A DNA stretch of 64,000 bases from an uncultured bacterium (GTDB lineage Bacteria > Fidelibacterota > Marinisomatia > Marinisomatales > UBA1611). Made by a program: the position numbers and the translations under genes. Under the pieces are notes generated by a model, which made no database searches, was not told the origin of the DNA, and worked only from the letters and a program-made list of their open reading frames with translations. Positions within the stretch are counted from its first letter, which is position 1, and every line of letters begins with the position of its first letter. Positions 30,864 to 41,200 of this stretch are shown in pieces. Location: NCBI GenBank assembly GCA_943788175.1, contig CALSPG010000007.1, forward strand, positions 128,001-192,000, given 5' to 3'.

Positions 30864-31808
30864 ATGAAAAGAGACTTGAAAATATTTAGTGGTAGGAGCA
30901 ATCCTGCTTTAGCATCGAAAATTGCTGAGTCAGCTAGTTGTAATCTAGGTGAAATGTCAATAAAGACATTTTCTGATGGTGAAATTTGGGTTAAATATGA
31001 AGAAAACATAAGAGGACAAGATGTTTTTTTAATTCAATCTACGAATGGCCCTTCTGAAAACATTATTGAATTAGCACTCATGACAGATGCTGCAGTTCGA
31101 GCGTCTGCCAGTACTGTAAATATTATTGTTCCTTATTTTGGCTACGGCCGACAAGATAGAAAAGATCAACCACGCGTTCCGATATCATCGAGAGTAATGA
31201 TTGATATTTTAACTAGTGCGGGAGCAGATAGAATAGTTACAATGGACTTGCATTCAACTCAAATTCAAGGTTTTGCAAAAATCCCATTTGACCATCTTTA
31301 TAGCAGGATGGTTCTAATGGACGCAATATCTCAACTAAAATTGAATCCGAAAAATTCAACTGTTTTATCTCCTGATGTCGGTTCTGCTGCGATGAGTCAG
31401 GCTTATGCAAAGCGTTTGGGTATGCACTTTGCTTTAATTGATAAAAGGAGATTCGCACCTAATCAGGCTAAAGTCAGTCATCTAATTGGCGAGCTTGATG
31501 GTATGGATGTTCTTATTATCGATGATATGATTGATACTGCTGGCACAACTGTTGGTGCGGCTGAAGCAGCGATTAAAAAAGGTGCTAAATCTGTTTCTGC
31601 GATAGCTACTCATGGAGTTTTATCTGGGCCTGCAATCAAAAGACTGCAAGAAGCTCCTATAAAAAATTTGGTTGTGACAGACACAATCTTTATCCCAGAA
31701 CAAAAAAGATTAAGTAATATGAAAATTGTAACAGTTGCTAACGTATTTGGTGCGGCTATAAATCGCATACATAATGGTGAATCCGTTAGTGCATTATTTG
31801 AATTTTAA
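30864..31808 (+). CDS. prs: Ribose-phosphate pyrophosphokinase
   Basis: FSDGE, PYFGYGRQDRK, DLHSTQIQGF, IIDDMIDTAGT. Confidence 0.97.
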   Translation: MKRDLKIFSGRSNPALASKIAESASCNLGEMSIKTFSDGEIWVKYEENIRGQDVFLIQSTNGPSENIIELALMTDAAVRASASTVNIIVPYFGYGRQDRKDQPRVPISSRVMIDILTSAGADRIVTMDLHSTQIQGFAKIPFDHLYSRMVLMDAISQLKLNPKNSTVLSPDVGSAAMSQAYAKRLGMHFALIDKRRFAPNQAKVSHLIGELDGMDVLIIDDMIDTAGTTVGAAEAAIKKGAKSVSAIATHGVLSGPAIKRLQEAPIKNLVVTDTIFIPEQKRLSNMKIVTVANVFGAAINRIHNGESVSALFEF

Positions 31809-31823
31809 AAAGGAGAAATAGAG

Positions 31824-32483
31824 ATGGGTGCATCTTATTATAAATTAGATATTGAAAACAGAGATTCAGTTGGTAAAAAATCAACAAAAGAAATGCGAAA
31901 AGAAGGTAAAGTTCCAAGTACGCTTTATTTTAAAGGGGAAGAGCCAGAAAGTATCGCTGTTGAAAAATTAAAGCTATATCAAGCTCTTAAATCTGATCAG
32001 CGTATTTATGAAGTAGAATTAAAAGGAGAGTCTCAGTATGTTATGGTAAAAGCAGTGCAGTATCATCCGGTTACTGATGAAATATTACATTTAGATTTTA
32101 TGCGAGTGCGTAGATCAGAAAAAATGACGATATCGGTTCCTCTTGTTCTTGTTGGTAAGCCAATTGGTGTTACAGAAGGTGGTATTTTATCTCAAGTACT
32201 CAATCAGATTGAAATAAGTTGTTTTCCAACAAATGTTCCTGAACAAATAGAGGTTAACATTGACGAAATGGAACTTAATTCTTCAATTAGCATTGCAGAT
32301 GTTTCTTATGATGATGATGAAGTAGAAATAATCAGCGCCGAAGATATAAATGTAGCTTCAATTGCGGCTCCTGCAGCGGAAGAAGAAATTACCGAAGCTG
32401 ATGCAGATGATGCTGTTGAAGACGGTGGTGAAAAAGCCGAAAAATCTGATGATAGTAGTGATCAAAAAGAATCTTCTGAATAA
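31824..32483 (+). CDS. rplY: 50S ribosomal protein L25/Ctc
   Basis: GKVPSTLY, VQYHPV...LHLDF, GGIL; acidic tail. Confidence 0.93.
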   Translation: MGASYYKLDIENRDSVGKKSTKEMRKEGKVPSTLYFKGEEPESIAVEKLKLYQALKSDQRIYEVELKGESQYVMVKAVQYHPVTDEILHLDFMRVRRSEKMTISVPLVLVGKPIGVTEGGILSQVLNQIEISCFPTNVPEQIEVNIDEMELNSSISIADVSYDDDEVEIISAEDINVASIAAPAAEEEITEADADDAVEDGGEKAEKSDDSSDQKESSE

Positions 32484-32500
32484 TAGAGTCAGAATAAGCT

Positions 32501-33055
32501 TTGATTGCATTTATAGGTTTAGGGAATGTTGGTGATAAGTATAAAGAAACAAAACATAATGCTGGATTTTGGGTGATTGATGAGATGGCAAATAGAAATA
32601 ATATTTCTTTCAAACCGGGGAATGGTGATTACGTGATTGCATCAAAGATGAACAAGTTTTTTCTTGTAAAACCTACTTCAGGTATGAACCGTAGTGGAAG
32701 CGCTGTTAAGCAAATAATAGATTCAAAAAAGTTGCTAGCAGAACAAATTTGTATAATTGTAGATGATGTAGATCTTCCACTGGGTAAAATACGAATTAAG
32801 CCAAAAGGTGGTGATGGCTCTCACAGGGGCTTAGAAAACATTATATATACTCTGAAAACTGATAGATTTCCGCGCCTTAGGTATGGTATTGGTACAGATG
32901 AGGAAATGCGGCCTGCAGAAAACTATGTGTTGAAGCCGTTTAAAAATGAAGAAGAAAAATCTTTTTCTACTGAAATCACTAAAAAAGCAGCGGACGCGTT
33001 GGATAGTTTTATTTTTAATGGTTTAAATAAAACAATGAATATTTATAATTCTTAA
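32501..33055 (+). CDS. pth: Peptidyl-tRNA hydrolase
   Basis: TTG start; GLGN, T.HNAGF, KP.SGMN.SG, DDVDLPLG, GSHRGL. Confidence 0.93.
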   Translation: MIAFIGLGNVGDKYKETKHNAGFWVIDEMANRNNISFKPGNGDYVIASKMNKFFLVKPTSGMNRSGSAVKQIIDSKKLLAEQICIIVDDVDLPLGKIRIKPKGGDGSHRGLENIIYTLKTDRFPRLRYGIGTDEEMRPAENYVLKPFKNEEEKSFSTEITKKAADALDSFIFNGLNKTMNIYNS

Positions 33056-33076
33056 TAATGGAGATAAAAACAAATA

Positions 33077-35260
33077 ATGCAAAATGAAAATAACTATATT
33101 TTGTTTGTGATATTATCTGGAGTGATAGCCATGGCATTTGCTTTTTGGAAGACTTCTTGGATAAACAGACAAAAAGAAGGAAATGAGAGAATGCAATTCA
33201 TAGGTAAAAGTATTGCAGATGGAGCCATGGCATTTTTGCGTGCGGAGTATCGAATTCTAGCAGTTTTTGTTGTAGCAGTCGCTTTTATTCTTGGGTATGC
33301 GAATTCAGGAAGATCCGACTCAAGTGCGCTGATATCTCTTTCTTTTATTGTTGGTGCTTCTGCATCGGGTTTAGCTGGTTTTTTAGGAATGAGAGTTGCT
33401 ACAAAAGCTAACAATAGAACCACGCATGCTGCTGAAACAAGTTTAGCTAAGGCCCTAAACGTTGCGTTTAGTGGTGGTGCAGTTATGGGTTTGAGTGTTG
33501 TTGGACTAGGCGTTTTAGGTTTGGGCATCCTTTTTTATGTTTATAAATCTATGGAAATTTTTAATAATGATACTTCAATGATATTAAATGTTTTATCTGG
33601 GTTTTCATTAGGGGCCTCATCAATTGCGCTTTTTGCGAGAGTTGGTGGTGGTATTTATACAAAAGCAGCTGATGTTGGAGCAGATTTAGTTGGGAAAGTT
33701 GAATCTGGCATACCAGAAGACCATCCACTAAATCCTGCTACAATAGCAGACAATGTTGGTGACAATGTTGGTGATGTAGCTGGAATGGGAGCAGATCTAT
33801 TTGAATCATATGTAGGTTCGATTATTGGGTCAATGGTTCTAGGTTCAACTCTTTTTGCGTACGGAGTAGGGTTTGACATAAGTTTTGTTATTTTACCTCT
33901 AGTTATAGCTGGGGCGGGGATAATAGTTTCTATCATTGGTACTTTCATGGTTTCTGTGAAAGACGGAGGAGACCCTCAAAAGGGTTTAAACCAAGGTGAG
34001 TTCGGTAGCGGTATCATAATGGTAGCAGTTATTTATTTTTTAATAACAAGTTTGTTGCCAGAAAAGTTTACAACTCAAGAGGGTGCTGGGGTCACATATG
34101 ATAGTTTAGGTGTTTTCTATGCTACTATTATAGGTCTGTTTGGTGGCTTAGGTATTGGTAAAATAACAGAATACTATACTGGAACGGGAACAAAACCTGT
34201 CATGTCTATTACCAAACAATCTATGACCGGACCAGCCACTAACATAATTGCTGGCTTAGGAATAGGAATGGAGTCTACGGCAGTTCCAGTAATAATTATA
34301 TCAGGAAGTATTATGGGAGCCTATCATTTTGCTGGTTTATATGGTATTGCAATGGCCGCATTAGGAATGCTAGCTAACACAGGTATACAGTTAGCAGTAG
34401 ATGCTTATGGTCCAATTTCTGATAATGCCGGAGGCATCGCAGAAATGGCTGAGCTTCCTAAGGAAGTTCGTGAGAGGACTGATAAGCTTGATGCTGTCGG
34501 TAATACTACTGCTGCTATTGGAAAAGGGTTTGCTATTGGTTCTGCTGCTTTAACAGCGTTAGCTCTGTTTGCTGCGTTTAAAGTAAAAACTGGAATCGAT
34601 ATAATTAATATTTCTGATCCGATGGTGATGGCTGGATTGTTCATTGGTGGAATGTTGCCTTTTCTTTTTTCTTCAATGGCTATGGGTGCTGTTGGGAGAG
34701 CTGCTATGGCAATGATTGAAGAAGTACGGCGCCAGTTTAAAGAAATCCCGGAACTAAAAAAAGCTCTTGAAATAATGAATCTCAAGAAAAGGGAAGATTG
34801 GAGCGAAGAAGATAATAAGGTTTATAATGATGCTCTTGGTAAGGCAGAACATGGAAAGTGCGTTGAGATTTCAACTGAATCCGCAATAAGAGAAATGCTT
34901 CTCCCTGGTCTTTTAGCTGTTGTTACACCGGTAGTTGTAGGTTTCGCACCAAGAATGTTTGGCAGTAATCAAGGCCCTGAAATCCTTGGTGGATTACTTG
35001 CTGGAGTCACAGTAACTGGTGTCTGCATGGCAATCTTCCAATCTAATTCAGGAGGTGCTTGGGACAATGCTAAAAAAATGATTGAGGAAGGCGTAGAGAT
35101 AGACGGGCAAAAATTAAGCAAGGGTTCTGAAGCGCATAAAGCTGCTGTTGTAGGAGACACAGTCGGAGATCCTTTTAAAGACACTTCTGGGCCTTCGTTA
35201 AATATTTTGATAAAACTAATGTCAGTGGTGTCATTAGTCATTGCACCGTTAATAAAATAA
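33077..35260 (+). CDS. hppA: Membrane-bound K+-dependent pyrophosphatase, probably Na+-translocating
   Basis: [54 protein letters not shown]. Confidence 0.95.
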   Translation: MQNENNYILFVILSGVIAMAFAFWKTSWINRQKEGNERMQFIGKSIADGAMAFLRAEYRILAVFVVAVAFILGYANSGRSDSSALISLSFIVGASASGLAGFLGMRVATKANNRTTHAAETSLAKALNVAFSGGAVMGLSVVGLGVLGLGILFYVYKSMEIFNNDTSMILNVLSGFSLGASSIALFARVGGGIYTKAADVGADLVGKVESGIPEDHPLNPATIADNVGDNVGDVAGMGADLFESYVGSIIGSMVLGSTLFAYGVGFDISFVILPLVIAGAGIIVSIIGTFMVSVKDGGDPQKGLNQGEFGSGIIMVAVIYFLITSLLPEKFTTQEGAGVTYDSLGVFYATIIGLFGGLGIGKITEYYTGTGTKPVMSITKQSMTGPATNIIAGLGIGMESTAVPVIIISGSIMGAYHFAGLYGIAMAALGMLANTGIQLAVDAYGPISDNAGGIAEMAELPKEVRERTDKLDAVGNTTAAIGKGFAIGSAALTALALFAAFKVKTGIDIINISDPMVMAGLFIGGMLPFLFSSMAMGAVGRAAMAMIEEVRRQFKEIPELKKALEIMNLKKREDWSEEDNKVYNDALGKAEHGKCVEISTESAIREMLLPGLLAVVTPVVVGFAPRMFGSNQGPEILGGLLAGVTVTGVCMAIFQSNSGGAWDNAKKMIEEGVEIDGQKLSKGSEAHKAAVVGDTVGDPFKDTSGPSLNILIKLMSVVSLVIAPLIK

Positions 35261-35276
35261 AATTTAAGGAGATTAT

Positions 35277-35702
35277 ATGCGATATTACGAATTAATATAT
35301 ATTGTCAGTTCAAATGTTGAACGAAAAAAAAATGACCAAGCCATGAAAGAAATTGGTGAAAAAATACAAGAAACAGGGTCAAAAATCATTAATCATATTG
35401 TTTGGGGAAAGAAAAAACTAGCTTATCCAATCAAAAACAATACCTATGGAACTTACATCCTTGCTCATTATCAAGGGGGTGATAATGATAAGCTTCGTGA
35501 GTTTGACTCTTGGTTAAAGCTTAGTGACTTAACTATTCGACATATGATTGTAAAGCTAGATGAAAAACCTGATACTGTAGAAAGTCTTGAAGGAGATAAG
35601 TCTGAAAATGATACTGCAGAAAAGGGAGAAGATAAAAGTCCGGATGAAGAAAGTCTAAAAAAAGAAAAAAATAAAGATGAAGAAAACAAGGAGGCTGAAT
35701 AA
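35277..35702 (+). CDS. rpsF: 30S ribosomal protein S6
   Basis: [28 protein letters not shown]; charged tail. Confidence 0.95.
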   Translation: MRYYELIYIVSSNVERKKNDQAMKEIGEKIQETGSKIINHIVWGKKKLAYPIKNNTYGTYILAHYQGGDNDKLREFDSWLKLSDLTIRHMIVKLDEKPDTVESLEGDKSENDTAEKGEDKSPDEESLKKEKNKDEENKEAE

Positions 35703-35929
35703 TGGCTTTTCAAACAAGAAGAAAATATTGCTTTTTCAAAGAAAATAACATCACAGCTGTAGATTATAAAGATGTTAAATTGTTAAAAAGGTTTACGAAT
35801 GACAACGGTAAAATTATGCCACGTAGGGTAACCGGTACTAGTGCAAAAATGCATCGGAAAGTTGTTAGTGCTATTAAAAGAGCTAGAACTATTGGTCTAA
35901 TGCCATTTGTTGATAGCGGTTCTGAATAA
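35702..35929 (+). CDS. rpsR: 30S ribosomal protein S18
   Basis: [21 protein letters not shown]...AIKRAR. Confidence 0.96.
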   Translation: MAFQTRRKYCFFKENNITAVDYKDVKLLKRFTNDNGKIMPRRVTGTSAKMHRKVVSAIKRARTIGLMPFVDSGSE

Positions 35930-35947
35930 AAATACGGAGATTATATC

Positions 35948-36391
35948 ATGAAAGTTATTTTACTTAACGATGTCGAAAACTTAGGACTAGCTGGGGATGT
36001 TATAACTGTAAAACCGGGGCATGCTAGGAATAGACTAATACCTCAAGGCCTGGCATTAAGAGCTTCTACAAAAAACGTCGCTGTTGCAAGTGAACGCAAG
36101 AAAGTTGCTAATACCAAACTCGAGCGCGAAAATAGTGCTTTGCAAAATTTAGCTAAAAAGCTCAGCAATGTAGAAATTACTATTGAAGTAAACGTTGGCG
36201 AAGAAGAAAAAATGTTTGGTTCTATTACAAATATAGATATTCATAAAGAATTAGCTGCTAAGGGTTTTGATTTAGATAAAAATCAAATAACTATAAAAGA
36301 GCCCATTAAGGCATTGGGTATATATCATGCAACTGTTGAAGTAGCAAAAAATATAAAACCTGATATTAAACTATATGTAATTAAGGGTTAA
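35948..36391 (+). CDS. rplI: 50S ribosomal protein L9
   Basis: MKVILLNDVENLG, VKPGHARNRLIP, FGSIT, PIKALG. Confidence 0.96.
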   Translation: MKVILLNDVENLGLAGDVITVKPGHARNRLIPQGLALRASTKNVAVASERKKVANTKLERENSALQNLAKKLSNVEITIEVNVGEEEKMFGSITNIDIHKELAAKGFDLDKNQITIKEPIKALGIYHATVEVAKNIKPDIKLYVIKG

Positions 36392-36408
36392 CACTCTAAT
36401 ATTTTATA

Positions 36409-38637
36409 ATGTTTGCAGAGGTATCGTTACCAATATCTTCGTTTAAAACATTTACATATTTAGTACCTGAAAATCTAGAGACCCAATCTTTAATTGGCTC
36501 AAGGGTTACTGTCCCCTTTGGTAATAGAAAAGTAAGTGGAGTCATAGTATCGTTAATGGACAGCACTTCTTTTAGTGGTGAAGTTAAATCAATTTCTAGC
36601 TTTGATGATGATGCTCCGATTATTTCTCAAAATTTATGGAAGCTGGTTAGATGGGTAAGTCATTATTATATTACGCCAATTGGAGTAGTATATAATACTG
36701 TACTCTCATTTACCATATCAAAAAATTATATACCTCGTCAATCATGGTTTGTGAAAAATAGCAGTAAAGATATAGATCTTTTATTAAAAAAAACAGCTCC
36801 TAAGCAGTACCTTGTTTACAAAGCTATTCAACAATCTTCTCAGAAATATATTAAAGTATCTTCTTTAAAAAATATAAGCTCTAATCCTATATCAATTTGT
36901 AAAGCACTCCAAATCAAAGGGTGTATTGAGTTAGTAAAAAAAGATGATAATCAAGGCGGGAATAGTTTGACGTTTAATCCTGTAAAAAAAAATATTTCTT
37001 ATAATGAAGATCAGCTTAAGGTTATTGATAATATAAAATCTTCTCTTAAGACTAAAAAATTTAAATCAAACTTGTTGCATGGAGTCACAGGCAGCGGTAA
37101 AACAGAAATTTTTATTGAAGTCATCAAAGCTGTGATTAAAATGGAAAGGTCAGCCATTATTTTAATTCCAGAAATTTCATTAACCCCTCAAATCGCAGGG
37201 AGATTTAAGGATGTTTTTGGTCAAGAAATTGCCTTGTGGCATTCTCAATTAACAAAATCTCAAAGGGCAAAAACTTGGAATGAAATAAATAACGGTGATT
37301 GTAAAATTGTCATAGGAGCTAGGAGCGCAGTTTTTTCACCAGTAAAAAAATTAGGTTTAATTATCGTAGATGAGGAGCACGATTCCTCTTTCAAGCAAGA
37401 TTCCCCATCGCCTAGATATCACGCGAGAGATGTTGCTATTATGCGAGCAAAAATCGAAGAGTGCACTGTTATACTATCTAGTGCAACGCCTAGTTTAGAA
37501 ACATTTTATAATTATAAAAATTCCAAACACAGGTACTTAAGTCTGCCAAAGAGATATGGCAAAGCTGTATACCCTACTGTTAAAGTTGTGGATTTAATTG
37601 ATGAAAGTAAGGAAACTGGAAAATTCAACATAATTATATCTGGAACACTACAACGAAAGATAGAAGAAAAATTAAAAAACAATGAGCAAGTATTGCTAAT
37701 CCAAAATAGAAGAGGTCATTCCCCAACTGTTAAATGTTCAGATTGTGGATCTCTTGTTATGTGTTCTGCTTGTAAAACACCACTCACTTTTCATAAGTAT
37801 GATAACAAGCTCAAATGTCATATATGTGGATTTATAAGTAGTAAAATTTTAGATACTTGCAAGGACTGTCAAAGTCAAAATTTTTTATATGTTGGCACTG
37901 GGACACAAAAAGTAGAGAGTATTTTACAAGAGACTTTTCCAAATGCTAAAATATCAAGAGTCGATCATGATAGCACTAAAAAAGATTCATCTGCAATCAA
38001 AATACTGCAATCATTTCTTGATGGGAAAGTTGATATATTATTAGGAACTCAAATGATTGCGAAAGGTTTAGATTTTCCAGGTATTACCTTAGTTGGAATC
38101 ATTAATGCGGACCTAGGTCTTCATCTTCCTGACTTCAGATCTAGTGAGCGAACTTTTCAATTGATATATCAAGCGTCAGGAAGAGCAGGAAGAGGTCAAA
38201 AAAAAGGGGAGGTCATTATTCAGACATATGATAAAGACAACGCAGTTATCCAAGCAGCATCTAGACTCAATTTAGAAAAATATTATGAGGACATGTTAGA
38301 TGATAGGCAGCTGCTTAACTATCCACCTTATAGTTGGGTTGCAAAAATTGAATTTATTGGATCAAACCCAAAATCTGTTTTTTCATTATCAAATAAAATC
38401 CGTAATAATTTAATGAATCCATATAAGGGGCTTGAAATATTAGGCCCGGCACCCTGTTTCAAAGAGAAAGTAAATAATAAATATAGATTTCAAATTATAT
38501 TAAAATCATCGAAAAAATATGATGTAAACAGCAGTAAGCTACATTTTTTTGTTAGTCAAAATTTTGTTAAGTATAACAATAAAGTTCCAGGTTCAAATAA
38601 AATCCACATTCATATTGATCCAGTGACAATGATATGA
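36409..38637 (+). CDS. priA: Primosomal protein N'
   Basis: HGVTGSGKTE, PEISLTPQ, DEEHD, four CxxC pairs, GTQMIAKGLDFP, GRAGR. Confidence 0.95.
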   Translation: MFAEVSLPISSFKTFTYLVPENLETQSLIGSRVTVPFGNRKVSGVIVSLMDSTSFSGEVKSISSFDDDAPIISQNLWKLVRWVSHYYITPIGVVYNTVLSFTISKNYIPRQSWFVKNSSKDIDLLLKKTAPKQYLVYKAIQQSSQKYIKVSSLKNISSNPISICKALQIKGCIELVKKDDNQGGNSLTFNPVKKNISYNEDQLKVIDNIKSSLKTKKFKSNLLHGVTGSGKTEIFIEVIKAVIKMERSAIILIPEISLTPQIAGRFKDVFGQEIALWHSQLTKSQRAKTWNEINNGDCKIVIGARSAVFSPVKKLGLIIVDEEHDSSFKQDSPSPRYHARDVAIMRAKIEECTVILSSATPSLETFYNYKNSKHRYLSLPKRYGKAVYPTVKVVDLIDESKETGKFNIIISGTLQRKIEEKLKNNEQVLLIQNRRGHSPTVKCSDCGSLVMCSACKTPLTFHKYDNKLKCHICGFISSKILDTCKDCQSQNFLYVGTGTQKVESILQETFPNAKISRVDHDSTKKDSSAIKILQSFLDGKVDILLGTQMIAKGLDFPGITLVGIINADLGLHLPDFRSSERTFQLIYQASGRAGRGQKKGEVIIQTYDKDNAVIQAASRLNLEKYYEDMLDDRQLLNYPPYSWVAKIEFIGSNPKSVFSLSNKIRNNLMNPYKGLEILGPAPCFKEKVNNKYRFQIILKSSKKYDVNSSKLHFFVSQNFVKYNNKVPGSNKIHIHIDPVTMI

Positions 38638-39530
38638 AAAAAGCACTAGGATTAGTATTAATAGCATCTTTATTTGCGAATGAAAATCGACCTGGTTTAT
38701 CTACTTGGTTTTCCGCCTCTGAACTATCTCATGCTGGAGGGGGCAAGTTGTTAATCATGCCGACTTCAAGAAATGTAAACATGATAACATCTATTAAAAA
38801 TCAATCTTTCTCAACTTCATTCATTTTCTACCCCGCGGGTATTCAAGCACAGTCTGTTTCATTGATTTACCCAAAGAATAATAAAATTATAATTAGATCA
38901 ATAAACCATATATCTTACGGAGCTTTCAACGGTTATGATGAAAATGCTCAACAAACAGAAAACTACACGGCAAGTGATACATGGATTAAGTTAGGATATT
39001 CAAAGGCATCAAAATCACTACCATTAAGCTTTGGGATTTCAAACCAGATATATATTTCTAAATTAGAAGACCATAATTCTACGTCATTATATTCCTCTTT
39101 TGGTATTATTTGGCATTTGGATAAATACAATTTAGATATTGGAGGAAGGATTAAAGACCTCCTTTTAATACACAAGAGCACAGATATAGGTGCTAGCGAT
39201 AATTCATTAGAGGTAGAGATGGGATTTTGCAAAAAGTTAACCTATCTACCGTTAAAGCTTTCAATAGATTGTATAATTAGCAATGATTTGAGACCTGAAG
39301 ATTATTTTATAAGTGGAGTTTTTACAATTTCTAAAAATATTTATTTGACTATAGGGACATCTACAAGAAAATATAGCCAAAACACAGAGCAAAATCTAAC
39401 GCGCACAATTTTTGGCTCGAGCGGGATTGGAGTCAAGTATAAAAATAAAGATCTTACAATAGGGTATGGTTTGTATTTCTATGGCACGGGAGGTTTCTCA
39501 AATGGATTAGACTTAACTATAAATTTTTAA
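38634..39530 (+). CDS. Outer-membrane beta-barrel protein, PorV/PorQ-like
   Basis: Signal peptide; YGAFNGYDENAQQTENYTASD resembles the PorV/PorQ family motif; C-terminal Phe (LDLTINF). Confidence 0.55.
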   Translation: MKKALGLVLIASLFANENRPGLSTWFSASELSHAGGGKLLIMPTSRNVNMITSIKNQSFSTSFIFYPAGIQAQSVSLIYPKNNKIIIRSINHISYGAFNGYDENAQQTENYTASDTWIKLGYSKASKSLPLSFGISNQIYISKLEDHNSTSLYSSFGIIWHLDKYNLDIGGRIKDLLLIHKSTDIGASDNSLEVEMGFCKKLTYLPLKLSIDCIISNDLRPEDYFISGVFTISKNIYLTIGTSTRKYSQNTEQNLTRTIFGSSGIGVKYKNKDLTIGYGLYFYGTGGFSNGLDLTINF

Positions 39531-40732
39531 TGAAAAAAATTATAGTTTATCTAATTCTCAGCAATATTTTATTTGCTCAAAATAAATACCCCATAGTTTT
39601 AATTCATGGTTTTTTTGGATGGGGTAATAATGAAATGGGAGATTATCGATATTGGGGTGGCAAAAAAGACATTCAAAAAATGTTAGAAGAGAACGGGTTT
39701 AAGGTATTTAATGTCTCAATTGGCCCAATATCTTCAAATTGGGATAGAGCCGTGGAGGTATATTATCAGTTAAAAGGTGGGCAAGTAGATTATGGGCTTA
39801 ATCATTCTAAAAAATATGGCCTTGAACAAAAGCCAATAGATAAAATCTACAAGGGATTATATCCTGAGTGGAGTATTGAAAATCCGGTTCATCTAGTTGG
39901 ACATAGCATGGGAGGGCAGACAGCAAGAATGCTTCAATATTTATTAGAAAATGAAATTTATATAGATGATAGCTTGGGTTTTATAGAAAATTCAGATTTG
40001 TTGGGCAGGTCTAAAAAAGGTTGGGTGTCTAGCATTACTTCCTTGGCAACGCCACACGATGGAAGTACTTTGACAGATATAGTTACTAAGACTTTTCCTT
40101 TTATTCAGTACTTTATTGGTCTTGCTGGAGTTGTTGGGACAAATTTTTATGATTTTGATCTTAGTCAGTGGGACATAAATCGAAAAGATAATGAAAACTG
40201 GTATAAGTATGTTCAAAGAATGCGGAGTCATAATGCTTGGGACACAAAGAATATAAGCTCTTGGGATTTAAGTTTAGATGGTGCCTCAGAACTAAATAGT
40301 TTTTTAAATGTTAGTCCTGATGTCTATTATTTCTCTTATTCATTTTCAGCTACGTCTAAAGATGAAGAAACGGGTTATCATGTACCAAATAAAGATGTGT
40401 TTCTATTAATTCGTTCAAGAGCTAAACTTTTAGGTTCAAGAATAGTATTTACTAGTAATGGGAATGAAACAGATTCTACGTGGTGGGAGAATGATGGTAT
40501 AGTCAATTCCAGGTCTATGAACGGGCCAACTACCGGTGAAAATGGTGCAGATGCAATAGTTAATTATGATCAATCTGCCCCTCTTCTTCAGGGACAGTGG
40601 TATACCTTCGAACGAATTAATTTAGATCACTATCAAAGTGTTGGGCATATGCTTCCTAAAGGGAAAAGAAAATTTCTAGATTCTATTTACATTAACCATG
40701 CACAGTTATTATGGTCCCTTCCCGAAAACTAG
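39530..40732 (+). CDS. Secreted triacylglycerol lipase (family I.5/I.6-like)
   Basis: Signal peptide; YPIVLIHGFFGWG, SNWDRAVE, GGQVDYG, GHSMGG nucleophile, ENDGIVN, LDH. Confidence 0.88.
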   Translation: MKKIIVYLILSNILFAQNKYPIVLIHGFFGWGNNEMGDYRYWGGKKDIQKMLEENGFKVFNVSIGPISSNWDRAVEVYYQLKGGQVDYGLNHSKKYGLEQKPIDKIYKGLYPEWSIENPVHLVGHSMGGQTARMLQYLLENEIYIDDSLGFIENSDLLGRSKKGWVSSITSLATPHDGSTLTDIVTKTFPFIQYFIGLAGVVGTNFYDFDLSQWDINRKDNENWYKYVQRMRSHNAWDTKNISSWDLSLDGASELNSFLNVSPDVYYFSYSFSATSKDEETGYHVPNKDVFLLIRSRAKLLGSRIVFTSNGNETDSTWWENDGIVNSRSMNGPTTGENGADAIVNYDQSAPLLQGQWYTFERINLDHYQSVGHMLPKGKRKFLDSIYINHAQLLWSLPEN

Positions 40733-40769
40733 TATGTTTATAATTTATTTTTATTTGTAATATACAACT

Positions 40770-41192
40770 ATGAACCATGGTGAGTTTCTTATATCGTTTT
40801 TAATCGACCTTCAAAGAGTTTTTCGGACAAAAGTTGTTCCTAAAGACTTGCCATATAGTCAGGTCCAAGCAATAATCATAATTCCTAGTGACGGTATTGA
40901 AATGTCAGAATTATCATTAACATTGGGTTTAGATAATAGTACGGTCACTAGACTGGTTGAACGATTAGAGGTGAAGGGTTTTGTTAAAAGAAAAAAAAAT
41001 AAGCTTGATAAACGGTCAATTATTGTATCCCTAAAGAAAAAGGGGATGAGTATTCAAAAAAGTATTGAAAAAAAATTAGATGAAATTGGAGAACAAATAT
41101 TTTTTGAAACTAACCAAAGTCAAAAAGAAATTTCTTTAGAAAATTTATCATCTTTTCAATGGAAATTGCGAAAAACTTTCTTAAAAAGGTGA
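40770..41192 (+). CDS. MarR family transcriptional regulator
   Basis: MSELS..LGLDNSTVTRLVERLE.KGFVKR....DKR. Confidence 0.88.
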   Translation: MNHGEFLISFLIDLQRVFRTKVVPKDLPYSQVQAIIIIPSDGIEMSELSLTLGLDNSTVTRLVERLEVKGFVKRKKNKLDKRSIIVSLKKKGMSIQKSIEKKLDEIGEQIFFETNQSQKEISLENLSSFQWKLRKTFLKR

Positions 41193-41200
41193 AAATTAAT

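Noticed and set aside
30737-31009. 90-aa minus-strand ORF
   Set aside because: It is antisense to tRNA-Gln and prs, so a shadow ORF.
23667-35241. Several 100-180 aa antisense ORFs within uvrA, ruvB and hppA
   Set aside because: Typical antisense shadows of conserved genes, with no recognisable motifs.
35277-36391. No ssb/priB between rpsF and rpsR; also ruvB without adjacent ruvA/ruvC
   Set aside because: Both arrangements are common in many lineages and not informative.
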